Made by a program: the position numbers and the translations under genes
Source: Candidatus Bathyarchaeota archaeon
GTDB taxonomy: Archaea > Thermoproteota > Bathyarchaeia > Bathyarchaeales > Bathycorpusculaceae
Assembly: GCA_963780185.1 (NCBI GenBank)
Contig: CAWABA010000007.1
Location: 128,001 to 192,000 of the forward strand
Direction: 5' to 3'
DNA length: 64,000 bases
In this document: piece by piece, positions 20,157 through 28,302 of the stretch
How the letters are laid out: each line of letters opens with the position of its first letter
Position numbering within the stretch: the first letter of the stretch is position 1
The notes under the pieces: model-generated
Databases searched by the model: none
Told to the model about the DNA's origin: nothing
The model's input: only the letters and a program-made list of their open reading frames with translations

Positions 20157-20573
20157 CTATTTTTGTTGGACCTGACACTTATGCCAGTCGACGGCTTTGT
20201 CAAAGTCCATTAAATTCGCAAGCTCCGCCTGCAAGTTGGAGGGTTTAACAACTATCAGCCAGCCTTTGATGTATGGGTCTTCGTTGAGGGTTTCGGGTTT
20301 GGACTGGACTTCCTCGTTCACTTCCTCGATTCTGCCACTTACCGCAGCTACAAGGTCGGAGACGGCTTTAACAGATTCCAATGTTCCGTAAGGCTCGCTT
20401 TGCTTAACTTCGGTGCCTACACTTGGCAACTCCGCGTAAACGATTTCTCGTAGAGCCTTCTGCGCGTAGTCGGTGATGCCCATGCGGATTTTGTCGCCTT
20501 CAACCTTTATCCACGCAAAATCTTTAGAGTAGTAGAGCCCTTCCGGCACTTCGTACGATTCAACTTTAACCAT
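20157..20573 (-). CDS. gcvH: Glycine cleavage H / lipoyl carrier protein
   Basis: GITDYAQ, ESVKAVS lipoyl-Lys, NEDPY.GW. Confidence 0.9.
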   Translation of the reverse strand: MVKVESYEVPEGLYYSKDFAWIKVEGDKIRMGITDYAQKALREIVYAELPSVGTEVKQSEPYGTLESVKAVSDLVAAVSGRIEEVNEEVQSKPETLNEDPYIKGWLIVVKPSNLQAELANLMDFDKAVDWHKCQVQQK

Positions 20574-20682
20574 GACATGAACCTTCCAGATTTTTGACAG
20601 ATAACAAATTTCAGATTCAAAGATTAAAAGGTTTCACAGCGGTTTTGAAAAGGGGTGAATTTTCGGGGTTCATTTTTGTTTT

Positions 20683-20850
20683 GGGTTTTTGATGTAAATA
20701 CTAATACCCCTCCCTCGTCGGCGGCTTCTGCGTGGGGCTTGTTTCGGGTTGTTTTTTTGGTTTGGGGCTTGATTTTGTTGTGGGTTTTGGTCGGGTTGAG
20801 CTGGGTTGGGTGGGTTTTCTGTTTGGGGTTTTGTAATATTACAAAAGTTT
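20683..20850. repeat. Dispersed non-coding repeat, copy 2
   Basis: Same modules and spacing as 9319-9487; palindrome at 20829-20846. Confidence 0.8.
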
Positions 20851-20946
20851 AGCGGCTTGAATGGGTTGGCACCAGGGGAAGGCGGGTTTGGTTGGGTTTT
20901 TGTGTGGGTTTGGGAGGTTGGGAGCGAAAAGCCTTTATGTAACTTT

Positions 20947-20964
20947 TTGATTACATGTAATCAA
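20947..20964. promoter_or_regulatory. Perfect 18-bp palindrome, probable operator of the adjacent ArsR regulator
   Basis: TTGATTACATGTAATCAA between a TATA-like TTTATG and the start codon. Confidence 0.6.
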
Positions 20965-20984
20965 TTTACTACGTGAGGGGTCTG

Positions 20985-21287
20985 ATGTCCAAAACAATCG
21001 AACTCGCCAAAAAACTCGACGCCCTATCTCACCCCCTCCGCCTCAAAATAGTCGCCGCCCTCACCGACCGCGAAATGTACCTAAACGAAATAGCCAACAA
21101 AGTCGGCGTCAGCCGCGCCCTCGCAAAAATCCACCTAAAAAAACTCGAAAAAGCAGGGATAGTGGCAAGCCGCATAGTCACAGCAGAAAACGAAGCAAAA
21201 GCCCTACGATACTACCAACTAAAAAACTTTGACCTACACGTCAACCCCCAAACCATCCGAAAGGAGGTGGAAAACAATGGACAGTAG
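20985..21287 (+). CDS. ArsR-family winged-helix regulator
   Basis: ALSHPLRLKI...EIA...VSRALAKIHLKKLEKAGIV. Confidence 0.85.
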   Translation: MSKTIELAKKLDALSHPLRLKIVAALTDREMYLNEIANKVGVSRALAKIHLKKLEKAGIVASRIVTAENEAKALRYYQLKNFDLHVNPQTIRKEVENNGQ

Positions 21288-21570
21288 ATCAGCCATAATC
21301 GGCACCTGCTGGATCGCCATCGCCGTCATCTCAGCCATGTACATCTACGTTGGAGGCGTAAACCTCGGCACAGACATCATCGTAGCCTTACTCGTTCTCC
21401 TCGCAACAGGCATCACCTTTGCCGTCGGCTTCGGATTGGAAGGCATGCGAAGGTACGGTCCACCCTCAAGAGCAGAAACCCAAGCATCCCTCGACCTTAC
21501 CGAACTGAAAAACTCCATAATTGAACTAACAAAAAAGGTGGAGGCACTACAGAAAGAACTACAAGAATAA
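21277..21570 (+). CDS. Small two-TM membrane protein with C-terminal coiled coil
   Basis: GGAGG RBS; overlaps the ArsR stop; two hydrophobic helices. Confidence 0.7.
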   Translation: MDSRSAIIGTCWIAIAVISAMYIYVGGVNLGTDIIVALLVLLATGITFAVGFGLEGMRRYGPPSRAETQASLDLTELKNSIIELTKKVEALQKELQE

Positions 21571-21627
21571 AAACGGAGACCAAAAAAGGTCCTCCGCAAC
21601 TATTTTTTGAAATTTAAAGAAAAGGAT

Positions 21628-22713
21628 TTAGCGTTCCCGTTTGCCTGCTATCCAGTCTTCTGTCCATTGGCGTGCTTGGGAGTCAGGAACTTGGACTGGA
21701 GGATGTTTGAATGCATACGAGGGCATGCTGATGAGGGTACCTGAGATTTTGCGGTCTAAAGCGATTTTGGCTGCTCGGATAAGGTCGATGACTACGCCTG
21801 CACTGTTGGGGCTGTCTTCAACTTCAAGTTTAACGCTCATGTTAATGGGGCGGTCTCCAAAAGCGCGGGTTTTAAGCGAGATATAGCAGATTTTCTTGTT
21901 CTTAAGAAACGGCACATAATCTGACGGACCGATGCGCGTGGGCAAAGCGTAGGGAACAAGGCTGGTGACTGCTTCGGTTTTGCTGATGCGCTTTGACGTG
22001 AGGCGGTTTTCTACGGTCATGTTTTGGAAGTCTGTGTCGCCGCCAAGGTTAAGCTGGTAAGTTTCGTCGACGATGACGCCGCGGTCTAGGCAGAGGCGCA
22101 CGAGGGTTCGGTGCAGTATGGTGGCGCCGACCTGGCTTTTAATGTCGTCACCCAAAACGGGCAAGCCTGCCGCTTCGAATTTCTTTGGCCACTCCTTTGA
22201 CGCATCTGAGCCGATAAATTCAGGCATACAGTTTACTAAAGCGCATCCCGCGTCGATGGCACATTGAGCGTAAAATCGGACTGCATCATGGCTTCCCACA
22301 GGAAGATAATTAACAAGAACCTGAACTTTGGCGTCTTTGAGGGTTTTGACGATGCTTTCTTTGGTGGTTTTGCTGTCATCGTACACGCTGAAGGTTTCGC
22401 GCATGTGGGGTGCTGCGCCGTCAAGAATGATGCCAGGCGACACTTTCACGCCCAAATTGGGGACGTCGCTGAATTTTTCGCAGCAGTTAGGTTTAACCCA
22501 GATGGCTTCTGAGAGATCTTTGCCGATCTTGTTTTTGTTAACTTCAAAAGCGGCAACAAAATGTATGTCCTTTATGTGGTAGCCGCCGTAATTGACATGC
22601 ATCAAGCCGGGAACCGTTGTGTCTTCTTTTGCATCTTTATAATATTGAGTTCCCTGAACCAGGGCACAAGCGCTGTTGCCAACGCCCACAAGTGCAACAC
22701 GAATTTCAGGCAT
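21628..22713 (-). CDS. ino1: myo-inositol-1-phosphate synthase
   Basis: VGVGNSA, NYLPVGS, GDDIKSQVGAT, YQLNLGGDTDF, DSPNSAG. Confidence 0.95.
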   Translation of the reverse strand: MPEIRVALVGVGNSACALVQGTQYYKDAKEDTTVPGLMHVNYGGYHIKDIHFVAAFEVNKNKIGKDLSEAIWVKPNCCEKFSDVPNLGVKVSPGIILDGAAPHMRETFSVYDDSKTTKESIVKTLKDAKVQVLVNYLPVGSHDAVRFYAQCAIDAGCALVNCMPEFIGSDASKEWPKKFEAAGLPVLGDDIKSQVGATILHRTLVRLCLDRGVIVDETYQLNLGGDTDFQNMTVENRLTSKRISKTEAVTSLVPYALPTRIGPSDYVPFLKNKKICYISLKTRAFGDRPINMSVKLEVEDSPNSAGVVIDLIRAAKIALDRKISGTLISMPSYAFKHPPVQVPDSQARQWTEDWIAGKRER

Positions 22714-22783
22714 GTAACTGCAACCATCCAAGAGTTTTCTATGTTAGAATAGCCTTAATGTCCACCTACGCTATAACTTTTTC
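22658..22783. repeat. Direct repeat copy A: ino1 5' end plus promoter
   Basis: Aligns with 24069-24191; 29-bp identical core ACCAGGGCACAAGCGCTGTTGCCAACGCC. Confidence 0.9.
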
Positions 22784-22797
22784 CTCAGTTGACACAA

Positions 22798-23409
22798 TCA
22801 AGTCTTAAGCAGTTTTCTTATTTCAAACACAAAATCCCTTGCCCGCTGAAGGGAAGTCTGCGCATATCCTCTTTTTGCTTGCACTCCAATATCATACTGG
22901 AACTTGCTCCGTTTCTTACGTTCGCCCTCATAAGAAATAATCAGTTCGTCTGCCTTTTTCTGCATCCTTTTCATCAGTTCTTCTCGACCGACAAGCTCTA
23001 ACCCTACTGTCTGGGCTTCTTCATACTGCTCGAGGAGTTTTGCCAGTTTCTCGTTTGAAGCGAAGAAGTGTATGAGTGCATCAGCTGTGACCTTGTGCAC
23101 TATCTGCCCCGTGGCTCGGATGCCCTGTTTTGCCAGTATTGCCGTTGCCGCATAAAACATGGAGTAGTATGAAGAAACGATTACCCAGAGGTAAGACTCA
23201 AAATCTGCGCCGACTTTCAACGTATCTTTTAGGGAGTTATCGTCTGATACTTCCTGCAAAATTGAGGCAGTCCGCAGAGAAAAATCAGCGTTAGCCATGA
23301 AAAAATCCACAAATCGGGCTGCATCTTTATCACCTGTCCTTAGTAAGTCATCTTTAATGTAAGTTTTGACGTTTCTTTTGGCTTCCTCTAACCGCGCCTT
23401 TTCTATCAT
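22798..23409 (-). CDS. HEPN domain protein (UPF0332-like), putative toxin
   Basis: SYYSMFYAA...G...H and RSKFQY motifs; 4-nt overlap with the MNT gene. Confidence 0.75.
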   Translation of the reverse strand: MIEKARLEEAKRNVKTYIKDDLLRTGDKDAARFVDFFMANADFSLRTASILQEVSDDNSLKDTLKVGADFESYLWVIVSSYYSMFYAATAILAKQGIRATGQIVHKVTADALIHFFASNEKLAKLLEQYEEAQTVGLELVGREELMKRMQKKADELIISYEGERKKRSKFQYDIGVQAKRGYAQTSLQRARDFVFEIRKLLKT

Positions 23410-24023
23410 AGTACTTCCTCCAATGTTTTAAGCAGAATCTCCGCCCCATATGGAACTATTCTGTTGTCTATTGCTTCCCAAGCAACATTAGGCTTTTCCT
23501 GTTTGAGGAGCTCCATAAACTCGCTATTAGTTAATATAATCTCATGGATCCCTAGTGGGCTAACACGCTGCACAGATCCTACCGCTGCCTCTACCTCTTT
23601 TTCGAAACTGTCCTCAGGAATTATTAAGAGCACGTCTAAATCCGATCTTGTTGAAGCAGTGCCCTTTACATGGGACCCAAATAGTATGAGGGTGAAGAAG
23701 GGCGATGAAATCTTGGAGGTTAAATCGTTAACGAGGATTTCTATGTCTTTATGTTTCTCAAAGAAGCGGCTAGCACGTACTCCTTCTATGTAGGCAAGAA
23801 GCGTCGAAGTGCCTTTTAGGTTGAGTCTGCAAAAAGTTACTGGACGTTTCTTCTCCGCAATTATGTAATGTTGCTGGGCTAGCCGCATGGTCATGGTGTA
23901 TGTGATTTTGTAGTCTTTTCCGATTGCTTCGGCTATTTGTCTCACTGTGAAGCTTTCCCGAATTCTTGAACTCAGAAAAGCTAGAATTTCGATTGAAGTC
24001 TTAGTTAATGGTTCTAAGTACAT
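23406..24023 (-). CDS. HTH-fused minimal nucleotidyltransferase (MNT antitoxin)
   Basis: N-terminal wHTH (TVRQIAEAIGK); LFGSHVKG...SDLD (GSx10DxD). Confidence 0.8.
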   Translation of the reverse strand: MYLEPLTKTSIEILAFLSSRIRESFTVRQIAEAIGKDYKITYTMTMRLAQQHYIIAEKKRPVTFCRLNLKGTSTLLAYIEGVRASRFFEKHKDIEILVNDLTSKISSPFFTLILFGSHVKGTASTRSDLDVLLIIPEDSFEKEVEAAVGSVQRVSPLGIHEIILTNSEFMELLKQEKPNVAWEAIDNRIVPYGAEILLKTLEEVL

Positions 24024-24035
24024 AATATTATGTAC
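24018..24035. promoter_or_regulatory. Perfect 18-bp palindrome over the MNT start codon (probable autoregulatory operator)
   Basis: GTACATAATATTATGTAC. Confidence 0.55.
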
Positions 24036-24055
24036 CTAAATACACATGTTAGCTA

Positions 24056-24191
24056 TTAATTTTGCGCTACCAGGGCACAAGCGCTGTTGCCAACGCCGAC
24101 CAAAGCTACACGAATTTCAGGCATCTAAAGGTAACCATCCGAGATTGTTATGTAGTTTAGCCTTAATGTTCGCCTACGCTATAACTTTTTC
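24056..24191 (-). pseudogene. Direct repeat copy B: truncated ino1 5' end (MPEIRVALVGVGNSACALVAQN*) with promoter
   Basis: First 19 aa identical to ino1, differences synonymous; stop at 24056-24058. Confidence 0.9.
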
Positions 24192-24379
24192 TAAAAACTT
24201 CGGTGAAAAATTAGGACTTGGGCTTGTTTTCGTCTTTTTGCTAAGTGATTGAAGTTATCCGTTGTTGATTGAGGCGCAATCTTTTAACTGTAATGGGGCT
24301 TGACTGAATCGCCCATGGAAATTCAATAACAAAAAACAATTCAAAGAACTTAAATACGGTAAGCAACAATGTGAATTAA

Positions 24380-25012
24380 TTGCTTCCCAAACAAGCGATA
24401 TGTTGGTCGTTTGAAACATTGATTAATCTTCCAAAAATGATTAATGCAGTGGGAAACGATTGCGTAGTGGCAACGGTCACCATGGTTTGCATGTATTGGC
24501 GACAAAGGAAGCAAGACTTAGACTGGAAGTTGCCGTTAGATTTTGAACATCAGAAATGGAAGGATTTTTACAAAAAAGGATTAACTTATGTACGAACGTC
24601 AGGAATGCCAGCCAATAACATTAAACGTTTTCTGAGCAAGTTAGAACTGCCCTTAAGCGCCAAACTTGTCCTTCTTGAAGACAAGTACGGGTTAAGGAAT
24701 TTGATCGACACAATGGTTCCGCCGATAGTTTTTTACGACCATACATATTTTCTAAAAAACGTTAGAGGTCCTGGACATGCTGTTATACTTGTTGACCAAA
24801 CTGACGAGCTCTTTATATCCGTTGACCCCTCTTTAGGACCGAAGTATTATTCTAAACCTGCCAAAACTGATTTTGAGGAAGCATGGAAGTTGGATCATAA
24901 TGCCACGATTATCCTTCTTCCGAAAATTGATAGTATCATAGAAAGAAAGATTCCCAGTCAGACAAAAAGCCTTATGCCATACTTAACAAGTAATCCAGGA
25001 GATAGAAAATGA
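24380..25012 (+). CDS. Papain-fold cysteine peptidase, C39-like
   Basis: NDCVVATVTMV (Cys), GHAVIL (His), VDP (Asp), FEEAW. Confidence 0.65.
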   Translation: MLPKQAICWSFETLINLPKMINAVGNDCVVATVTMVCMYWRQRKQDLDWKLPLDFEHQKWKDFYKKGLTYVRTSGMPANNIKRFLSKLELPLSAKLVLLEDKYGLRNLIDTMVPPIVFYDHTYFLKNVRGPGHAVILVDQTDELFISVDPSLGPKYYSKPAKTDFEEAWKLDHNATIILLPKIDSIIERKIPSQTKSLMPYLTSNPGDRK

Positions 25013-26007
25013 AACTAAAACTGCGCGTTCAGAAACTCGATGATCCTGAACTCATTGCTTACGACAGGATTCTAAGACACTACGGATCGGGCTGTTATGC
25101 CCAAACTCCAGAAGATAACGAAACATACTGGCGGGTTCCAATCGGAGCATATCTGCAGTCTAATGTGGTTGACGAGAAAACTGAAAAAGAAAGAGTATTT
25201 ACGCTTAACTTCCGCAATGTCGGAGAAATTACGATAAAAAAATCAACCATGCGAGTAAGTAAGGCCACACCCTTGTGGTCATTAGGAAAGAACATTTTTA
25301 ATAAGAAGAGCGAAATTAGGCGAGTTGTTGAAGAGGATTTAATCAAAATATTGGGCAACAGAGAGACCGGTATTCGTTTCGGGCAGCTCAAGTTCGCCTT
25401 CAGTGGCTTACAACCGATTTACCGCACGATTAACAGACTAATAGTGGAGGATTATCCGTCTTACGATGAAATAGTTAACGCGGGTAAAAACTATCCAGGA
25501 CAGGTTGACCTTTTGGTTGACATTGGTTACGCTGAGTACACGACCGATGAACCAAGAAAACTAATTGCCACGAACAAACTAAAGGAACTCTACGAGGAAA
25601 AGAGGAATATTGAGAAAACCGTCGATGTAGTTTTTGGCTTGGTTCTAGCAGAATTCTATTATGATTTGCAGAGATTAAGAAGAATTGCACAGTTTATTCC
25701 TTACGTTAGAGCGAGTACAGCTTACTATGGCAATGCCATCCAGTTTGGTAGATTAATCGGCATGCGAGAAAATACTCTCTGTGAGAATATCCGAGAGTAC
25801 TATAAGGGAGCACCAACGCCGCCCAAATTAAGGTATGGCTATCCTACCATAATTAGAGAACTAGTCGATGCGCAAATTCTGGAGTTCGACGATAACGAAT
25901 GTGTCACTGGAAAAATGGGCATTTTCAAGAAACTGATGTCGGTCAGGGAAAAAATACCCTATGGTGAAGTGCCCTTTCCCTTTGGAGACCTGATTAATGG
26001 GGCTTAA
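25009..26007 (+). CDS. Hypothetical protein (possibly two winged-helix-like segments)
   Basis: ATGA overlap with the peptidase gene; AGGAG RBS; 332 aa; no recognised catalytic motif. Confidence 0.7.
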   Translation: MKLKLRVQKLDDPELIAYDRILRHYGSGCYAQTPEDNETYWRVPIGAYLQSNVVDEKTEKERVFTLNFRNVGEITIKKSTMRVSKATPLWSLGKNIFNKKSEIRRVVEEDLIKILGNRETGIRFGQLKFAFSGLQPIYRTINRLIVEDYPSYDEIVNAGKNYPGQVDLLVDIGYAEYTTDEPRKLIATNKLKELYEEKRNIEKTVDVVFGLVLAEFYYDLQRLRRIAQFIPYVRASTAYYGNAIQFGRLIGMRENTLCENIREYYKGAPTPPKLRYGYPTIIRELVDAQILEFDDNECVTGKMGIFKKLMSVREKIPYGEVPFPFGDLINGA

Positions 26008-26575
26008 TCAAATTGTCTCAGAACTCGTAAAAGTCTACAAAGTTGAAGATACGTATTACCCAAAATTCTCAATAGAAACAGATATCGAAGGAGGACTAAA
26101 TGGCGAAGCAAAGATAATTGTGAATGGTTTGTCTGAGTGCGGTTTCGATATTTCAACTGAGAATGTTTTTAAAATTATGGAAATAAAAAGGCTATTACTA
26201 AGCCGTTATCTATTGGACAAGGATGGCATTGAGTCAAAGCAAAAGTATACGAAATTACTTCTTGAAGAGATCAAACCAGTAGGTTCACTTTTGCCAATTG
26301 ATTTTTTGCTAGTGAATGGGGTTGTCGCCGTCACCCTGTATTTAGTTGCCCGCTTCGGCGGCAGCTTCATGGATGAAGCAGGCAAAATAGCAGCTCAGAA
26401 AGTTTTGGGCCAAAGCAAAAAAGCAGCTAAAAAACTCAATATGGATGTGTCGGAATACAATTATTTTATTGGGGAAATTCATTTGCTCATCCAAAACGGT
26501 GAATTGGAAAGGATAGTGAACCACGAAACACTAACTAAAAGCAAAAGCATTAGAAAGAAAACAAAGTTTGACTAA
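25997..26575 (+). CDS. Hypothetical protein with one central hydrophobic segment
   Basis: Overlaps the upstream stop; GGAG RBS; LLPIDFLLVNGVVAVTLYLVARFGG. Confidence 0.65.
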   Translation: MGLNQIVSELVKVYKVEDTYYPKFSIETDIEGGLNGEAKIIVNGLSECGFDISTENVFKIMEIKRLLLSRYLLDKDGIESKQKYTKLLLEEIKPVGSLLPIDFLLVNGVVAVTLYLVARFGGSFMDEAGKIAAQKVLGQSKKAAKKLNMDVSEYNYFIGEIHLLIQNGELERIVNHETLTKSKSIRKKTKFD

Positions 26576-26708
26576 GTGCAGTCCGTCAAAGCGCGATGTA
26601 TTTTTTATGGTGCATGAATTCATGGCAAAATTAAAAGGGAACCACCGACACACTAGTTGACCAGCTGAAGATGAAGTTCAGTTTCTGGAAAATTGTGAGC
26701 CATTGATT

Positions 26709-27113
26709 TCATTTTCGTATTCGTAGTAGGTTTATGTTTGCGCCGTTGAATTCTTTGTCGCTGCCGACTACTAGTTTGGCTTTGTTGGCTTGGGCGGTGG
26801 CTACTGCGAAGGCGTCTGCTAGAGACATTGAATGTTTTGATTTGAGAAGGGCAGCTTCTCTCCACAGTCCGTCGTCTTCTATTGGAACGACTTTCAGGCC
26901 CATTTGTCGGAGCTTCTTCTCTTTTTCTTCCGCTAATTTCGGGTCTTTCCGACTGAGGATGTAATAGATTTCGGCTAGGTTGATTATGTTTATGTTGCCG
27001 TCGGCTGAGCCGTCACCGATCTGTTCAAGGATATCTTGAACAACTTCTGCTCCTTCTTCATTCAAATAGAAGGCAAGTAAGGCTTCTGCATCAAATGTGT
27101 AGTTTTCGGGCAC
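26709..27113 (-). CDS. vapC: PIN-domain VapC toxin
   Basis: FDAEALLA, NLAEIYY, SLADAFAVATA, SDKEF; GTG start inferred at 27113. Confidence 0.85.
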   Translation of the reverse strand: MPENYTFDAEALLAFYLNEEGAEVVQDILEQIGDGSADGNINIINLAEIYYILSRKDPKLAEEKEKKLRQMGLKVVPIEDDGLWREAALLKSKHSMSLADAFAVATAQANKAKLVVGSDKEFNGANINLLRIRK

Positions 27114-27360
27114 GGCGTTCAAGCTTCCGCTCTTCTGCATATTCTTCTTTTCGCGCCTCTTCAAGAAGCTGCTTTGCGGTTTTTCCTTTGAAAATCTCCT
27201 TCAACGAGCCTCGTTCCTGGCTGGGCAAAGGTGCTGGTCTAAGAACGATTCCGCATTCGTTTTCTTCGAAGATGACCTTGTTCGTTATGCCATATTTCTG
27301 TCTTAATTTTTTAGGTATCGTCGCCTGCCCCTTTTTTGTGACTGAAACAACTTCAACCAT
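27091..27360 (-). CDS. AbrB/MazE-family antitoxin
   Basis: VTKKGQATIPKKLRQKYGI. Confidence 0.85.
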   Translation of the reverse strand: MVEVVSVTKKGQATIPKKLRQKYGITNKVIFEENECGIVLRPAPLPSQERGSLKEIFKGKTAKQLLEEARKEEYAEERKLERRARKLHI

Positions 27361-27515
27361 CCAAACGAACTCCAAGTAATAACATCTGAACCAGTAATAC
27401 TTAAACTTAATGGGAATACTATTCCGAAAAGTAGCACACCAGTTCAGCGTGCGAAAACAAGGGTTTACGGTAATATTAAAAGGGAACCGCTTACACCTTA
27501 AATATCCAGCTAAGG

Positions 27516-27896
27516 ATGAGTGTTATGAGTGCACCTGAAGTAAACATTTCCTACTCGCCATTCAAAGAAATTGTTGTTATGGAGAAAACCTTCTTCACCA
27601 CGCCTGAAGACATAGCAAGATTCACCTCCGTCATAGCAGGGGGCAAACTTGCGGGGCTTTACTGGGTTGAAGGCGTAGTCTTCCTATATTTCCCCCTCCC
27701 AGCATCAACAACCGCCGTGGCACGAGAGCTGCTGGAGAACCGCAAAGTTTTCTGGACGTTTGTCGGTTACTCGCTTATGCCAAAGTATGCGCAGACGATT
27801 GAAACTAAAGAAAGAATGATTGTTCCAGTCGTAGACATATCATCTGATCCTGTTCTGAAACAGGTTGCTATTTGGCTAAAAGAACAGCCGAAGTAA
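27516..27896 (+). CDS. Hypothetical protein
   Basis: 126-aa ORF, co-oriented with ribK, TATA-like element upstream. Confidence 0.7.
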   Translation: MSVMSAPEVNISYSPFKEIVVMEKTFFTTPEDIARFTSVIAGGKLAGLYWVEGVVFLYFPLPASTTAVARELLENRKVFWTFVGYSLMPKYAQTIETKERMIVPVVDISSDPVLKQVAIWLKEQPK

Positions 27897-27915
27897 GCCT
27901 GTTGAAGGCTGATTT

Positions 27916-28302
27916 TTGCCGCAGATAACCTTCAAGGGCACGGTTTTTTCTGGCAGAGGCGAAGGACGAAAATTCATCGCTTTACCGTGGGTTAAGCGGC
28001 AGATAGAGCAAAAACTCGGGTTTACCCCATACGCTGGAACACTAAACATCCGCCTAACAAAAGAGAGCGCCCTGCAGAAAGGGATGCTTGAGAAAGCTGA
28101 AAAATTTGAGATTTCTCCCGAGAAAGGCTTCTGCACTGGATTCCTAATTAAAGCGTGCTTGGGGGATTTGATTTGCGGGATTGTGCTTCCGCAGGTGCCT
28201 AGTTATCCTCAAGATGTTTTGGAGGTTGTTGCCGCTTGGAATCTGCGGGAACGCCTCAAACTGGGGGACGGGAGAGAGGTCTGCGTCGCGGTTACTGTGT
28301 GA
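27916..28302 (+). CDS. ribK: CTP-dependent archaeal riboflavin kinase
   Basis: GTVFSGRGEG...LGFTPYAGTLNI...LEVVA..NLRERLKLGDG. Confidence 0.85.
   Translation: MPQITFKGTVFSGRGEGRKFIALPWVKRQIEQKLGFTPYAGTLNIRLTKESALQKGMLEKAEKFEISPEKGFCTGFLIKACLGDLICGIVLPQVPSYPQDVLEVVAAWNLRERLKLGDGREVCVAVTV

Noticed and set aside
20655-20852. 65-aa ORF, and similar ORFs at 50582..50764 and 50619..50831
   Set aside because: They lie on low-complexity G/T-skewed repeat elements and are probably chance ORFs.
24046-24252. 68-aa plus-strand ORF resembling ORF 22617..22808
   Set aside because: The similarity is just the antisense reading of the duplicated ino1 5' end.
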